Source: Candidatus Saccharimonadales bacterium
Lineage (GTDB): Bacteria > Patescibacteriota > Saccharimonadia > Saccharimonadales > DATKHC01
DNA: 64,000 nt
Assembly: GCA_038317055.1 (NCBI GenBank)
Contig: JBBQBA010000002.1
Location: forward strand, 70,106 to 134,105
Direction: 5' to 3'
Shown here: one piece after another, positions 19,137 through 27,105 of the stretch
Layout: the number at the start of each line of letters is the position of its first letter
How positions within the stretch are numbered: position 1 is the first letter of the stretch
Program-made: the position numbers and the translations under genes
The notes under the pieces: model-generated
The model's database searches: none
Told to the model about the DNA's origin: nothing
The model's input: the letters and a program-made list of their open reading frames with translations, nothing else

Positions 19137-20075
19137 ATGATTAGACAGTCACTCAAATTTGCCAGAATTAGAATTATCGCAACATGTGCTTCGATATTGT
19201 TTTTAGGTAGCGCTTACTCAGGCAGTATCACAATAAAAACTTTACTTGGACTTGTATTAATTGTTGGATTCACGATACATGCTAATTCGATTAACGATTA
19301 TAGCGATAAAGAGATCGACAAAATAAATTTAAAAAATGCACACGATAGACCTTTAGCAACGAATCATATTAACTCAAAGCAATTATGGATAATCAACGCT
19401 GTAAGTGGCTTATTAATTCTATTGGTGTCTCTTATTTATGGATTGGATGTATTTATACTTAGTATTTTTATATTACTTATAGACTACGCTTATTCACTTA
19501 AACCTTTTAGAATTACAAATAGAACAATCTTAAGTCCTGTTCTACTATCGGTATCATATGTATATTATTCCTTCTCAATTGGTTTTTTGTCCACACCAAC
19601 CACCAGTAAATATCCCTGGTTGTTGACTATAGGCTTAAGTTTTGGATTTTTTGCAAGATTGTTGTTAAAGGATTTCCGTGATGTGGTTGGTGATAAAAAA
19701 TTTGGAAAAATAACTTTTCTAATTCGTTATGGACAATCACTAACCTGTCTTACAAGCGGCATATTTTGGGCGTTTGCTTTATTTTTAATTATTAAAGCTA
19801 GCTCATTCAATCTTGCATTAGGATTGGTACTTCTGGTTGCATTTATAGAATCGACAATTTTATTAAATATACTAGCAAAGGAAATTAAGTATAAGAATCA
19901 GGAAAAGTTAATTAGTTATATAGCTAAAGCTGCTAATTACACAATAATAACAATACTTGCATATCTACTATGCGTCGCTGAAAATGGTATTACGAATAGA
20001 CAGACACAAGTCATAACTGTTCTCGTTGGTATGATATTACTTACTTATAACTGGTTAGAATATAGGATGAATTGA
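19137..20075 (+). CDS. UbiA-family prenyltransferase
   Basis: 312 aa, polytopic. Motif 1 is NSINDYSDKEIDKIN...DRPL and motif 2 is KDFRDVVGDKKFGKIT. Confidence 0.8.
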   Translation: MIRQSLKFARIRIIATCASILFLGSAYSGSITIKTLLGLVLIVGFTIHANSINDYSDKEIDKINLKNAHDRPLATNHINSKQLWIINAVSGLLILLVSLIYGLDVFILSIFILLIDYAYSLKPFRITNRTILSPVLLSVSYVYYSFSIGFLSTPTTSKYPWLLTIGLSFGFFARLLLKDFRDVVGDKKFGKITFLIRYGQSLTCLTSGIFWAFALFLIIKASSFNLALGLVLLVAFIESTILLNILAKEIKYKNQEKLISYIAKAANYTIITILAYLLCVAENGITNRQTQVITVLVGMILLTYNWLEYRMN

Positions 20076-20076
20076 A

Positions 20077-20928
20077 ATGACTAAACAGCACGATAATGTT
20101 CTTGCGTATTACAAATCAACAAACTTCGATTATGAACATTTTTGGTCTGGTAAAAATGCTTTAGCACTTCATTTTGGATATTATGATAATTCAGTTAAAT
20201 CACATCAACAATCATTAATGAAAATGAATGATGTCTTAGCAAGATATGGAGATATAAAAGATACTGAATCAGTGCTTGATGCTGGCTGTGGTTATGGTGG
20301 AAGTTCATTATGGTTAGCAGAAAACATAGGATGCGATGTTACCGGAATATCAATTGTCCCCTATCAAATAAAAAAAGCCCGAATCGAAGCTAATAAATCC
20401 GGGCTAAATAAGCGATTGAAGTTTATAAGGGGGGATTATGCGAATACTGATCTTCCATCAAAATCTTTTGATGTTATTTGGGGCCTCGAGAGTATTGTCC
20501 ATTGTGAAGATAAGTTAGCATTTACGAAAGAAGCCTTCCGTTTATTAAAACCAAATGGTCGATTAATAATATCTGAATATATGTTGAGGCAAAAACCGTT
20601 ACTTTCTAAAAAAGAACATTCAAAAATGGAGCCATTTTTGAAAGGTTGGATGATGCCGGATCTGTTAACCTTAGATCAATATAAGAAGTATTCAAAATCT
20701 GCTGGATTTAATACTTTTAAGGATTTTGATCTTTCGAAAAATGTAGATAAATCATTGCGTGAATGTCGTAGAAATGCTGCGATGGCAAAGCCATTTGTGG
20801 GAATATTAAAACAACTTGGTTTAATTAATCCGATTCGTCACGACTACACCATGGCGAACTATCTACTATACGACTTATTTAAGGAAGGACTTTGGAGCTA
20901 CAGAGTGTTAATTGCAGTTAAGTCTTAA
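20077..20928 (+). CDS. class I SAM-dependent methyltransferase (gamma-tocopherol/phosphoethanolamine MT-like)
   Basis: 283 aa with HFGYYD followed by VLDAGCGYGGSSLWLA (motif I). Lies 1 nt after the UbiA stop. Confidence 0.85.
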   Translation: MTKQHDNVLAYYKSTNFDYEHFWSGKNALALHFGYYDNSVKSHQQSLMKMNDVLARYGDIKDTESVLDAGCGYGGSSLWLAENIGCDVTGISIVPYQIKKARIEANKSGLNKRLKFIRGDYANTDLPSKSFDVIWGLESIVHCEDKLAFTKEAFRLLKPNGRLIISEYMLRQKPLLSKKEHSKMEPFLKGWMMPDLLTLDQYKKYSKSAGFNTFKDFDLSKNVDKSLRECRRNAAMAKPFVGILKQLGLINPIRHDYTMANYLLYDLFKEGLWSYRVLIAVKS

Positions 20929-20938
20929 TAATTCGGTT

Positions 20939-21544
20939 TTATAAATTATATATGTATTTCATAAGGTTTTCAGGAGATCTATTTATTCCACCTGAAATCG
21001 GTTTGCCTATGTAGACATGGCAAGTCCATCTGTTAACCCAGTCTATTTTTACCGGTATTAAGAAAGTGCTATTTTCTTTAGCAAGTACTGAAATACCTGA
21101 TTTTACTATTTTCTCACGAGTTCTAGAACCAGAAGGAAACATAAGAATTGTTTGACCTGTTTTTAGTAAGGTTTTGGCTTTGTCTATGCCATATCGTTTA
21201 TTTTCTATAAAATGCGCAGGGAAGCCACCCAGTGAAATTAATAAGAAACCAATAAATCCATTCAGTTAAGTATTTTCAACAAAAAAACGAAACGGCAATA
21301 GTCGATATATTATATTAAAAGGCATTGATGCGGTAATTATAAAAGGATCAAAAATACTTTGGTGATTAGAATAGACAATCAATTTAGAATCTTTTGGAAG
21401 ATTGTTTAAGGATAGAATATTTTTATCAAAACGTAAATTACTCCTGACTATTAAAAATCTAAATATATAGAGAAACATTGCAATGATAATTTGAGCTAAA
21501 TAGACCAATAACTTCTCAGTGCGGTATATATTTTTAGTTTTCAT
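20939..21544 (-). pseudogene. 1-acyl-sn-glycerol-3-phosphate acyltransferase-like (PlsC family) interrupted by one in-frame TAA
   Basis: Track ORFs 21266..21544 and 20939..21142 are in the same frame. My translation reads ...SNHQSIFDPF (HX4D)...FRFFVENT*LNGFIGFLLISLGGFPAHFIENKRYGIDKAKTLLKTGQTILMFPSGSRT (FPEG-like)... The only stop is TAA at 21268-21266. Confidence 0.75.
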
Positions 21545-21639
21545 CTAAACTAGTATCCCATATTCATATTTTAGTATTAATTAATTGTAACTGCTTGTGT
21601 TAATATTTTCTTAAAGCACATTAATTAAGGGGACGTAAA

Positions 21640-22290
21640 ATGAGTGTTTCATTATCAAATTTAATAGTAGATTTATTCTTTATACACGCTACTTTAGCAA
21701 CGGGCATTATTGCGTGGTATTTTTTAACAAAAAAGAAAAAAGTATTTAAGGATTTTGGTTGGGGTATGCTTGGTTATAGTTTAGGATTAGCATCTTGGAC
21801 CGTTTTAGTTATAACAAGACCGAATGATCTTAAACCTCTTATTATTATTGGTGTAATCCCGTTTTTATTAGGTGCATTAGCTTACGCTCGCGCCGCTTCA
21901 GATAAGTTTCCGATTAATGGTAATACTTTATTAACATTGGTTCTACTGCTTATTGTGGCGACGTTTGTTACTCGCACCTACTTCTATCCATCAGATCCAT
22001 ATTTTTCAAGTAAAGGGCTACTATTCTTCGGCTTAGCACCAGTTCCTATAGCTCTTTATATAGCGACAATATCAGTAACATTTCTTCCAGCTATACGCGC
22101 AGTGATTGCTAGCATGAAAGATAAAGTTATGAAGTCAGTGTTGGGCGTAGGTTTAACGGTACTCTATGTGTGTTCTATCATTTTAATAAGCTCAAATGAT
22201 AATACATTATTGTTAATTAACGGTGTAGTAATCACGGTATCTTTGTTAGTTATTTGGGTAAAGATTTTAGGTTCACCAAACAAAATATAA
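21640..22290 (+). CDS. polytopic membrane protein, unknown function
   Basis: 216 aa with about 6-7 hydrophobic helices. AAGGGGA SD upstream. Confidence 0.55.
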   Translation: MSVSLSNLIVDLFFIHATLATGIIAWYFLTKKKKVFKDFGWGMLGYSLGLASWTVLVITRPNDLKPLIIIGVIPFLLGALAYARAASDKFPINGNTLLTLVLLLIVATFVTRTYFYPSDPYFSSKGLLFFGLAPVPIALYIATISVTFLPAIRAVIASMKDKVMKSVLGVGLTVLYVCSIILISSNDNTLLLINGVVITVSLLVIWVKILGSPNKI

Positions 22291-22310
22291 CAGAGTGTAA
22301 GCATAATAAA

Positions 22311-22337
22311 TTAGCACTCTTGACTCACGAGTGCTAA
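22311..22337. promoter_or_regulatory. CIRCE element (HrcA operator), perfect consensus
   Basis: TTAGCACTC (22311-22319), N9 ttgactcac, then GAGTGCTAA (22329-22337). Identical to the published CIRCE consensus TTAGCACTC-N9-GAGTGCTAA. Confidence 0.85.
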
Positions 22338-22348
22338 TTAGCTATTAT
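22320..22348 (+). promoter_or_regulatory. putative sigma-70-type clpP promoter overlapping CIRCE
   Basis: TTGACT (22320-22325), 17 nt spacer, TATTAT (22343-22348). The clpP ATG lies only 6 nt after the -10 box. Confidence 0.4.
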
Positions 22349-22354
22349 GTATGT

Positions 22355-22960
22355 ATGACACAACGAACTAATTCGATCCTTATTCCTACAGTTATTGAAC
22401 AAGAAGGCCAGATGGAGCGAGCCTACGATATATACTCTCGTCTGTTAAAAGACCGCATTATATTTTTAGGTACAGCTATTGATGAACACACAGCTAATTT
22501 AATCGTTGCTCAGCTTCTATTTTTAGATAGTCAGGATACAAAGAAAGACATTTCTATATATATAAATAGTCCCGGTGGAAGTGTTTATGATGCTTTTGCG
22601 ATATACGATACGATAAACTTTATTAAATCAGATGTTTCAACAATTGCCGTTGGAATGGCAGCAAGCGCCGCAGCATTTTTACTAAGTAGTGGAACTAAGG
22701 GTAAAAGATTTGCACTACCTCATTCAAAAATTATGATACACCAACCTTCAAGCGGCACTCGTGGAAAAGTAACTGATATGGAAATAGATCTTGAAGAATC
22801 AATCAAACTTAAGAAACAACTCGAAGAAATATTAGCAAAGAACTCAGGTCAAAAAGTTAGCAGAATACATACAGATATGGAGAGAGACTACTATATGAGT
22901 GCTGATGAAGCTCATAAATATGGTTTAGTCGATAGCATTATCCGTACTATCAAGAAATAA
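22355..22960 (+). CDS. clpP: ATP-dependent Clp protease proteolytic subunit
   Basis: [36 protein letters not shown] (Ser) and IMIHQP (His). The track GTG start at 22331 lies inside CIRCE, so ATG 22355 is preferred. Confidence 0.93.
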   Translation: MTQRTNSILIPTVIEQEGQMERAYDIYSRLLKDRIIFLGTAIDEHTANLIVAQLLFLDSQDTKKDISIYINSPGGSVYDAFAIYDTINFIKSDVSTIAVGMAASAAAFLLSSGTKGKRFALPHSKIMIHQPSSGTRGKVTDMEIDLEESIKLKKQLEEILAKNSGQKVSRIHTDMERDYYMSADEAHKYGLVDSIIRTIKK

Positions 22961-22970
22961 AATTACTTTA

Positions 22971-23261
22971 ATGGACAAAGAAGCGTTAGCTAATTCAATT
23001 GATGATCTAAAGATTCACAGAAAGAAGAATTTAAGAGATGGGTGGTTACTAGCTTCTTTATCAGTTTTTAATATTTTAGGTACTGACACAAGCAATAATA
23101 CATTCTATAAATTTTTTGCAGGAAGTATGGCGGTAGCTGCATCCTTATATGCAACGCATGATTTTCTAGAAGCTAGAGAAGATAGACAATTTATAGATGG
23201 TCTTGAAATGGTACTAGAAGAACAAGATCATATCATAGAAAAAGACGATAATATCGAATAA
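22971..23261 (+). CDS. hypothetical small protein with hydrophobic core segment
   Basis: 96-aa ORF with no recognised motif. Confidence 0.45.
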   Translation: MDKEALANSIDDLKIHRKKNLRDGWLLASLSVFNILGTDTSNNTFYKFFAGSMAVAASLYATHDFLEAREDRQFIDGLEMVLEEQDHIIEKDDNIE

Positions 23262-23520
23262 ATAGATTAATTGTGGGTTTTATGAAATTTATTTAGTACA
23301 CACGTAATACATATATTGAACTTAACTAAAAAAGTCTTGACATTAGCGAAACTATTCCTCACACTATGATCTAAAGAAGTAGTATACGTCGGCGTGGTTT
23401 TAATTTATTTAAAATCCACCAAAAAATACCAATCGTAGTGATCTTCGTGCACGAAATTCAAATAAATCAAATTTATAAATCTAACTAATTAATTAAATAT
23501 TGTTGGGAGTTAATTAGAGT

Positions 23521-26500
23521 ATGGTAAAAAACGTTGCTACTAAAAGTGACCTTGTAAAGCGAACTTATTTTTCAAAAACAGACAATTTATTAGATGTACC
23601 AAACTTAGTTGATCACCAAAATCGTTCATTCCAGTGGTTTGTGGAAGAAGGTTTAGGTGAGATTTTTGCTGAAATAAGTCCAATCGATGACTACACTGGC
23701 ACTAAACTATCATTAAGTTTTAAAGACTATCATTTTGAAGAACCAAAATTAACCGAAATTGAAGCAAGATCTAATAATGTATCTTATGACGCTCCACTTA
23801 AGGCTACTGTAGAATTAACTAATAAAGTTACTGGTGAAATTAAAGAGCAAGAAATATATCTCGGTGACTACCCATGGATGACTTCTCGAGGAACTTTTGT
23901 TATAAACGGCGCTGAGCGAGTGGTTGTAAGTCAACTTATTCGAAGTTCTGGAGTATTCTTCACATCTGAAGTTTCAGGTTCAGCTAATGTATATGGTGCT
24001 AAAGTTATTCCGAACCGTGGTGCATGGCTTGAATTCGAAACCGCAAATAGTGGTGTTATATATGTAAAGATTGACCGAAAACGTAAAATACCTGTTACTA
24101 CACTACTTAAGGCCCTCGGAATGACTGAAGCTCAAATGCGAGAAGCCTTTGGTCATGTTGATCAAGGTGAACTAAGTTACCTAGATACTACCCTAAAGAA
24201 AGATCCATCACGTGGCACTAATGATGCATTAATTGAGATTTATCGAAGACTACGACCAGGTGATCTAGCTACTGTAGAAAACGCTCGTTCATTAATCGAG
24301 AACATGTTCTATAACTTCAAACGATTCGATTTTAGTCGAGTTGGTCGTTATAAGCTCAATAAGCGATTAAACCTTGATTTGCCCAACACAATCGAGAACC
24401 GAATAATGCGACTGGAAGATCTAACAGCTATTGTGGCTGAGATAATTCGTCTAAATAATACTCAAGATCCAGCAGATGACATTGATTCACTAGCAAATCG
24501 AAGAGTAAAACTCGTTGGTGAACTCGTTCAAAGACAATTCCGAATCGGACTTCTGCGAATGGAGCGAAACACTAAAGATCGAATGAGTATGAACGAAATT
24601 GAGACTGTAACTGCCGCTCAACTTATAAATGCTCGTCCTATTGTTGCTGCTGTTCGCGAATTTTTCGCAATTTCACAGTTATCACAATTCATGGATCAGA
24701 TTAATCCATTATCAGAACTTGCCCACAAACGTCGATTAAGTTCAATGGGACCTGGTGGACTATCACGAGAACGAGCTGGTTTCGAAGTTAGGGATGCACA
24801 TGCAACCCATTACGGTCGAATCTGTACCGTAGAAACCCCAGAAGGATCAAACATCGGACTAGTCCTAAACCTTGCTAGTTATGCAAGAATTAACGACTAC
24901 GGTTTTGTAGAAACTCCTTATAAGAAAGTTGTAAACTCAACCACTGCTAAAGATGCTATTGGTCGCATCGCACGACACGACCTTGAAGATTCTAAGGGTA
25001 AAACTATTGTAAAATCTGGATCAAAAATTACAGCCACTCAAGCTGCTGCCCTAGGTAAGATTAAGGAACAAGTTACTTGGCCAATAAAACCTTTCGTTAC
25101 TGATGAAATAGTGTATCTTGATGCTGCTGAAGAAGAAGTCGCAGTTATAGCCTCAGCTGACGCAAAGTTTGATGATGATGGATTCTTTATTAGTGATCGT
25201 GTTGGTGCTCGAAACCGATTAGTTACTGGAGAAGTTGATTCAAGTATTGTTACTCATGTTGATGCTGCCACTAATCAGACAATTGGTGCAAATGCCACAT
25301 TAATTCCTTTTATCGAAAAAGACCGAGTTGACCGTGCACTTGTTGGCGCTAACCAGCAAAAACAAGCTGTGCCACTAGTTCGTCCTATGTCTCCAACAGT
25401 AGGAACTGGCTATGAGCGAACTCTTGCTCTAAATACCTCTCAGCTAATTGTTGCTGAAGATAATGGTGAAGTACTTAAAGCTACAGCAGATGAAGTAGTT
25501 ATTAAGTATCCAAAATTGACTAAAACCTATACTCCGCTACATTTCCAGCGAAGTAATGAAGGTACCTCAATGAATCAAAAAGTTGTAATTAGCTCTGGCG
25601 ACAAAGTTAAAAAAGGCCAACCGCTAATTGAGGGAATGAGTGTTCAGGATGGCGAAATCGCTTTAGGCCGTGACGTTAAAGTCGCATTTATGCCTTGGCA
25701 TGGTTACAACTTCGAAGATGCAATCGTTATTTCTCAAAGACTTGTTCAAGAAGATGTCTTTACGTCTATTAATATTATGGACTTCATGGTTGAAGTTCGT
25801 GAGACAAAATTAGGTCCAGAAGTTTTAACTCGAGATATTCCAAATGTATCAGAGGAAGTTCTGCGACATTTAGATGATGATGGAATTGTACGAATCGGTG
25901 CAGAAGTTCATCCAGGTGATATTCTTGTTGGAAAAATTACCCCTAAGGGTGAGCAAGAACTAAGTTCTGAAGAACGATTACTCCGAGCTATCTTTGGTGA
26001 AAAAGCAAAAGAAGTTCGTGATACTTCAGAGCGAATGAGCAATGGTAAACACGGTAAAGTTGTCGGTGTTAAGGTATTCTCAAGAGATAATGGCCATGAA
26101 CTAAAATCTGGTGTTATTAAGCAGGTACAAGTATTCGTAGCTCAAATGCGAAAAATACAAGTTGGAGATAAGTTAGCTGGAAGACACGGTAACAAGGGCG
26201 TTATTGCTCGAGTTTTACCAGTTTCTGATATGCCTTTCTTAGAAGACGGATCACCAGTTGATGTTGTACTAAATCCAATGGGTGTACCATCAAGAATGAA
26301 CATTGGACAGTTATTTGAAACGCACCTTGGAATGGCAGCAAGTGCGCTTGGTATTAAAGTTGCTACTCCTCCATTTAATGGAGTAACAGTCGAAAAGATA
26401 CAAGAACTACTTAAAGAAGCAGGATTACCTGAAGATGGTAAACAGCAACTATATGATGGTCAAACCGGTGAAGCTTTTAAAGAACGAACAGTTGTTGGTG

Positions 26501-27105
26501 TGATGCATATTCTTAAATTAGAACATATGGTTACTGATAAGATTCATGCAAGATCAACTGGACCATACACTATGGTTACCCAGCAACCACTTGGTGGTAA
26601 AGCCCAGAATGGTGGCCAAAGATTCGGAGAAATGGAAGTATGGGCTCTAGAAGCATACGGTGCAGCCGTATCTCTACAAGAAATGCTAACTATTAAATCT
26701 GATGACGTATACGGACGAAGTAAAGCATATGAATCAATAATTAAGGGTACTGAAATTGTCGGACCTAAAGTTCCTGAAAGCTTTAACGTGCTAGTTAAAG
26801 AACTTCAAGGACTAAGTCTTAAGGTTGACCTTATTAGCTCTTCGGAAATTATTGACGCTGAAGCAGTTCTTGCTAGCAATATTAAAGAAGAAGCTAAAAA
26901 TCTAACAACTGTAGATGTTCCTCAACCAATGGTTTCTGATGTAGATGCCTCAGCTGATAGTGGAGTAAACGAATTTATGGAAGTTGGGCTTGGAATTGAC
27001 GATTCTCTACACGACGATACTACGGTTGCAACTGACGACGTAACGATCGATGACGAAGATGCGGTACTAACCGTTACAGAAGAAGAAACAAAGGAGGAAG
27101 CGTAA
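23521..27105 (+). CDS. rpoB: DNA-directed RNA polymerase subunit beta
   Basis: 1194 aa with canonical blocks (GTFVINGAERVVVSQL, RLSSMGPGGLSRERAGFEVRD, NMQRQAVPL-like QQKQAVPL, GDKLAGRHGNKGV, GGQRFGEMEVWALEAYGA). Confidence 0.98.
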   Translation: MVKNVATKSDLVKRTYFSKTDNLLDVPNLVDHQNRSFQWFVEEGLGEIFAEISPIDDYTGTKLSLSFKDYHFEEPKLTEIEARSNNVSYDAPLKATVELTNKVTGEIKEQEIYLGDYPWMTSRGTFVINGAERVVVSQLIRSSGVFFTSEVSGSANVYGAKVIPNRGAWLEFETANSGVIYVKIDRKRKIPVTTLLKALGMTEAQMREAFGHVDQGELSYLDTTLKKDPSRGTNDALIEIYRRLRPGDLATVENARSLIENMFYNFKRFDFSRVGRYKLNKRLNLDLPNTIENRIMRLEDLTAIVAEIIRLNNTQDPADDIDSLANRRVKLVGELVQRQFRIGLLRMERNTKDRMSMNEIETVTAAQLINARPIVAAVREFFAISQLSQFMDQINPLSELAHKRRLSSMGPGGLSRERAGFEVRDAHATHYGRICTVETPEGSNIGLVLNLASYARINDYGFVETPYKKVVNSTTAKDAIGRIARHDLEDSKGKTIVKSGSKITATQAAALGKIKEQVTWPIKPFVTDEIVYLDAAEEEVAVIASADAKFDDDGFFISDRVGARNRLVTGEVDSSIVTHVDAATNQTIGANATLIPFIEKDRVDRALVGANQQKQAVPLVRPMSPTVGTGYERTLALNTSQLIVAEDNGEVLKATADEVVIKYPKLTKTYTPLHFQRSNEGTSMNQKVVISSGDKVKKGQPLIEGMSVQDGEIALGRDVKVAFMPWHGYNFEDAIVISQRLVQEDVFTSINIMDFMVEVRETKLGPEVLTRDIPNVSEEVLRHLDDDGIVRIGAEVHPGDILVGKITPKGEQELSSEERLLRAIFGEKAKEVRDTSERMSNGKHGKVVGVKVFSRDNGHELKSGVIKQVQVFVAQMRKIQVGDKLAGRHGNKGVIARVLPVSDMPFLEDGSPVDVVLNPMGVPSRMNIGQLFETHLGMAASALGIKVATPPFNGVTVEKIQELLKEAGLPEDGKQQLYDGQTGEAFKERTVVGVMHILKLEHMVTDKIHARSTGPYTMVTQQPLGGKAQNGGQRFGEMEVWALEAYGAAVSLQEMLTIKSDDVYGRSKAYESIIKGTEIVGPKVPESFNVLVKELQGLSLKVDLISSSEIIDAEAVLASNIKEEAKNLTTVDVPQPMVSDVDASADSGVNEFMEVGLGIDDSLHDDTTVATDDVTIDDEDAVLTVTEEETKEEA

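Noticed and set aside
22331-22354. GTG 22331 as the clpP start (track annotation)
   Set aside because: The codon lies inside the right arm of the CIRCE palindrome and upstream of the predicted -10 box. ATG 22355 gives a normal ClpP N-terminus.
23337-23370. TTGACA ... TATGAT as the rpoB promoter
   Set aside because: The spacer between the hexamers is 22 nt, too long for a sigma-70-type promoter. The hexamer at 17-nt spacing (CACACT) is poor.
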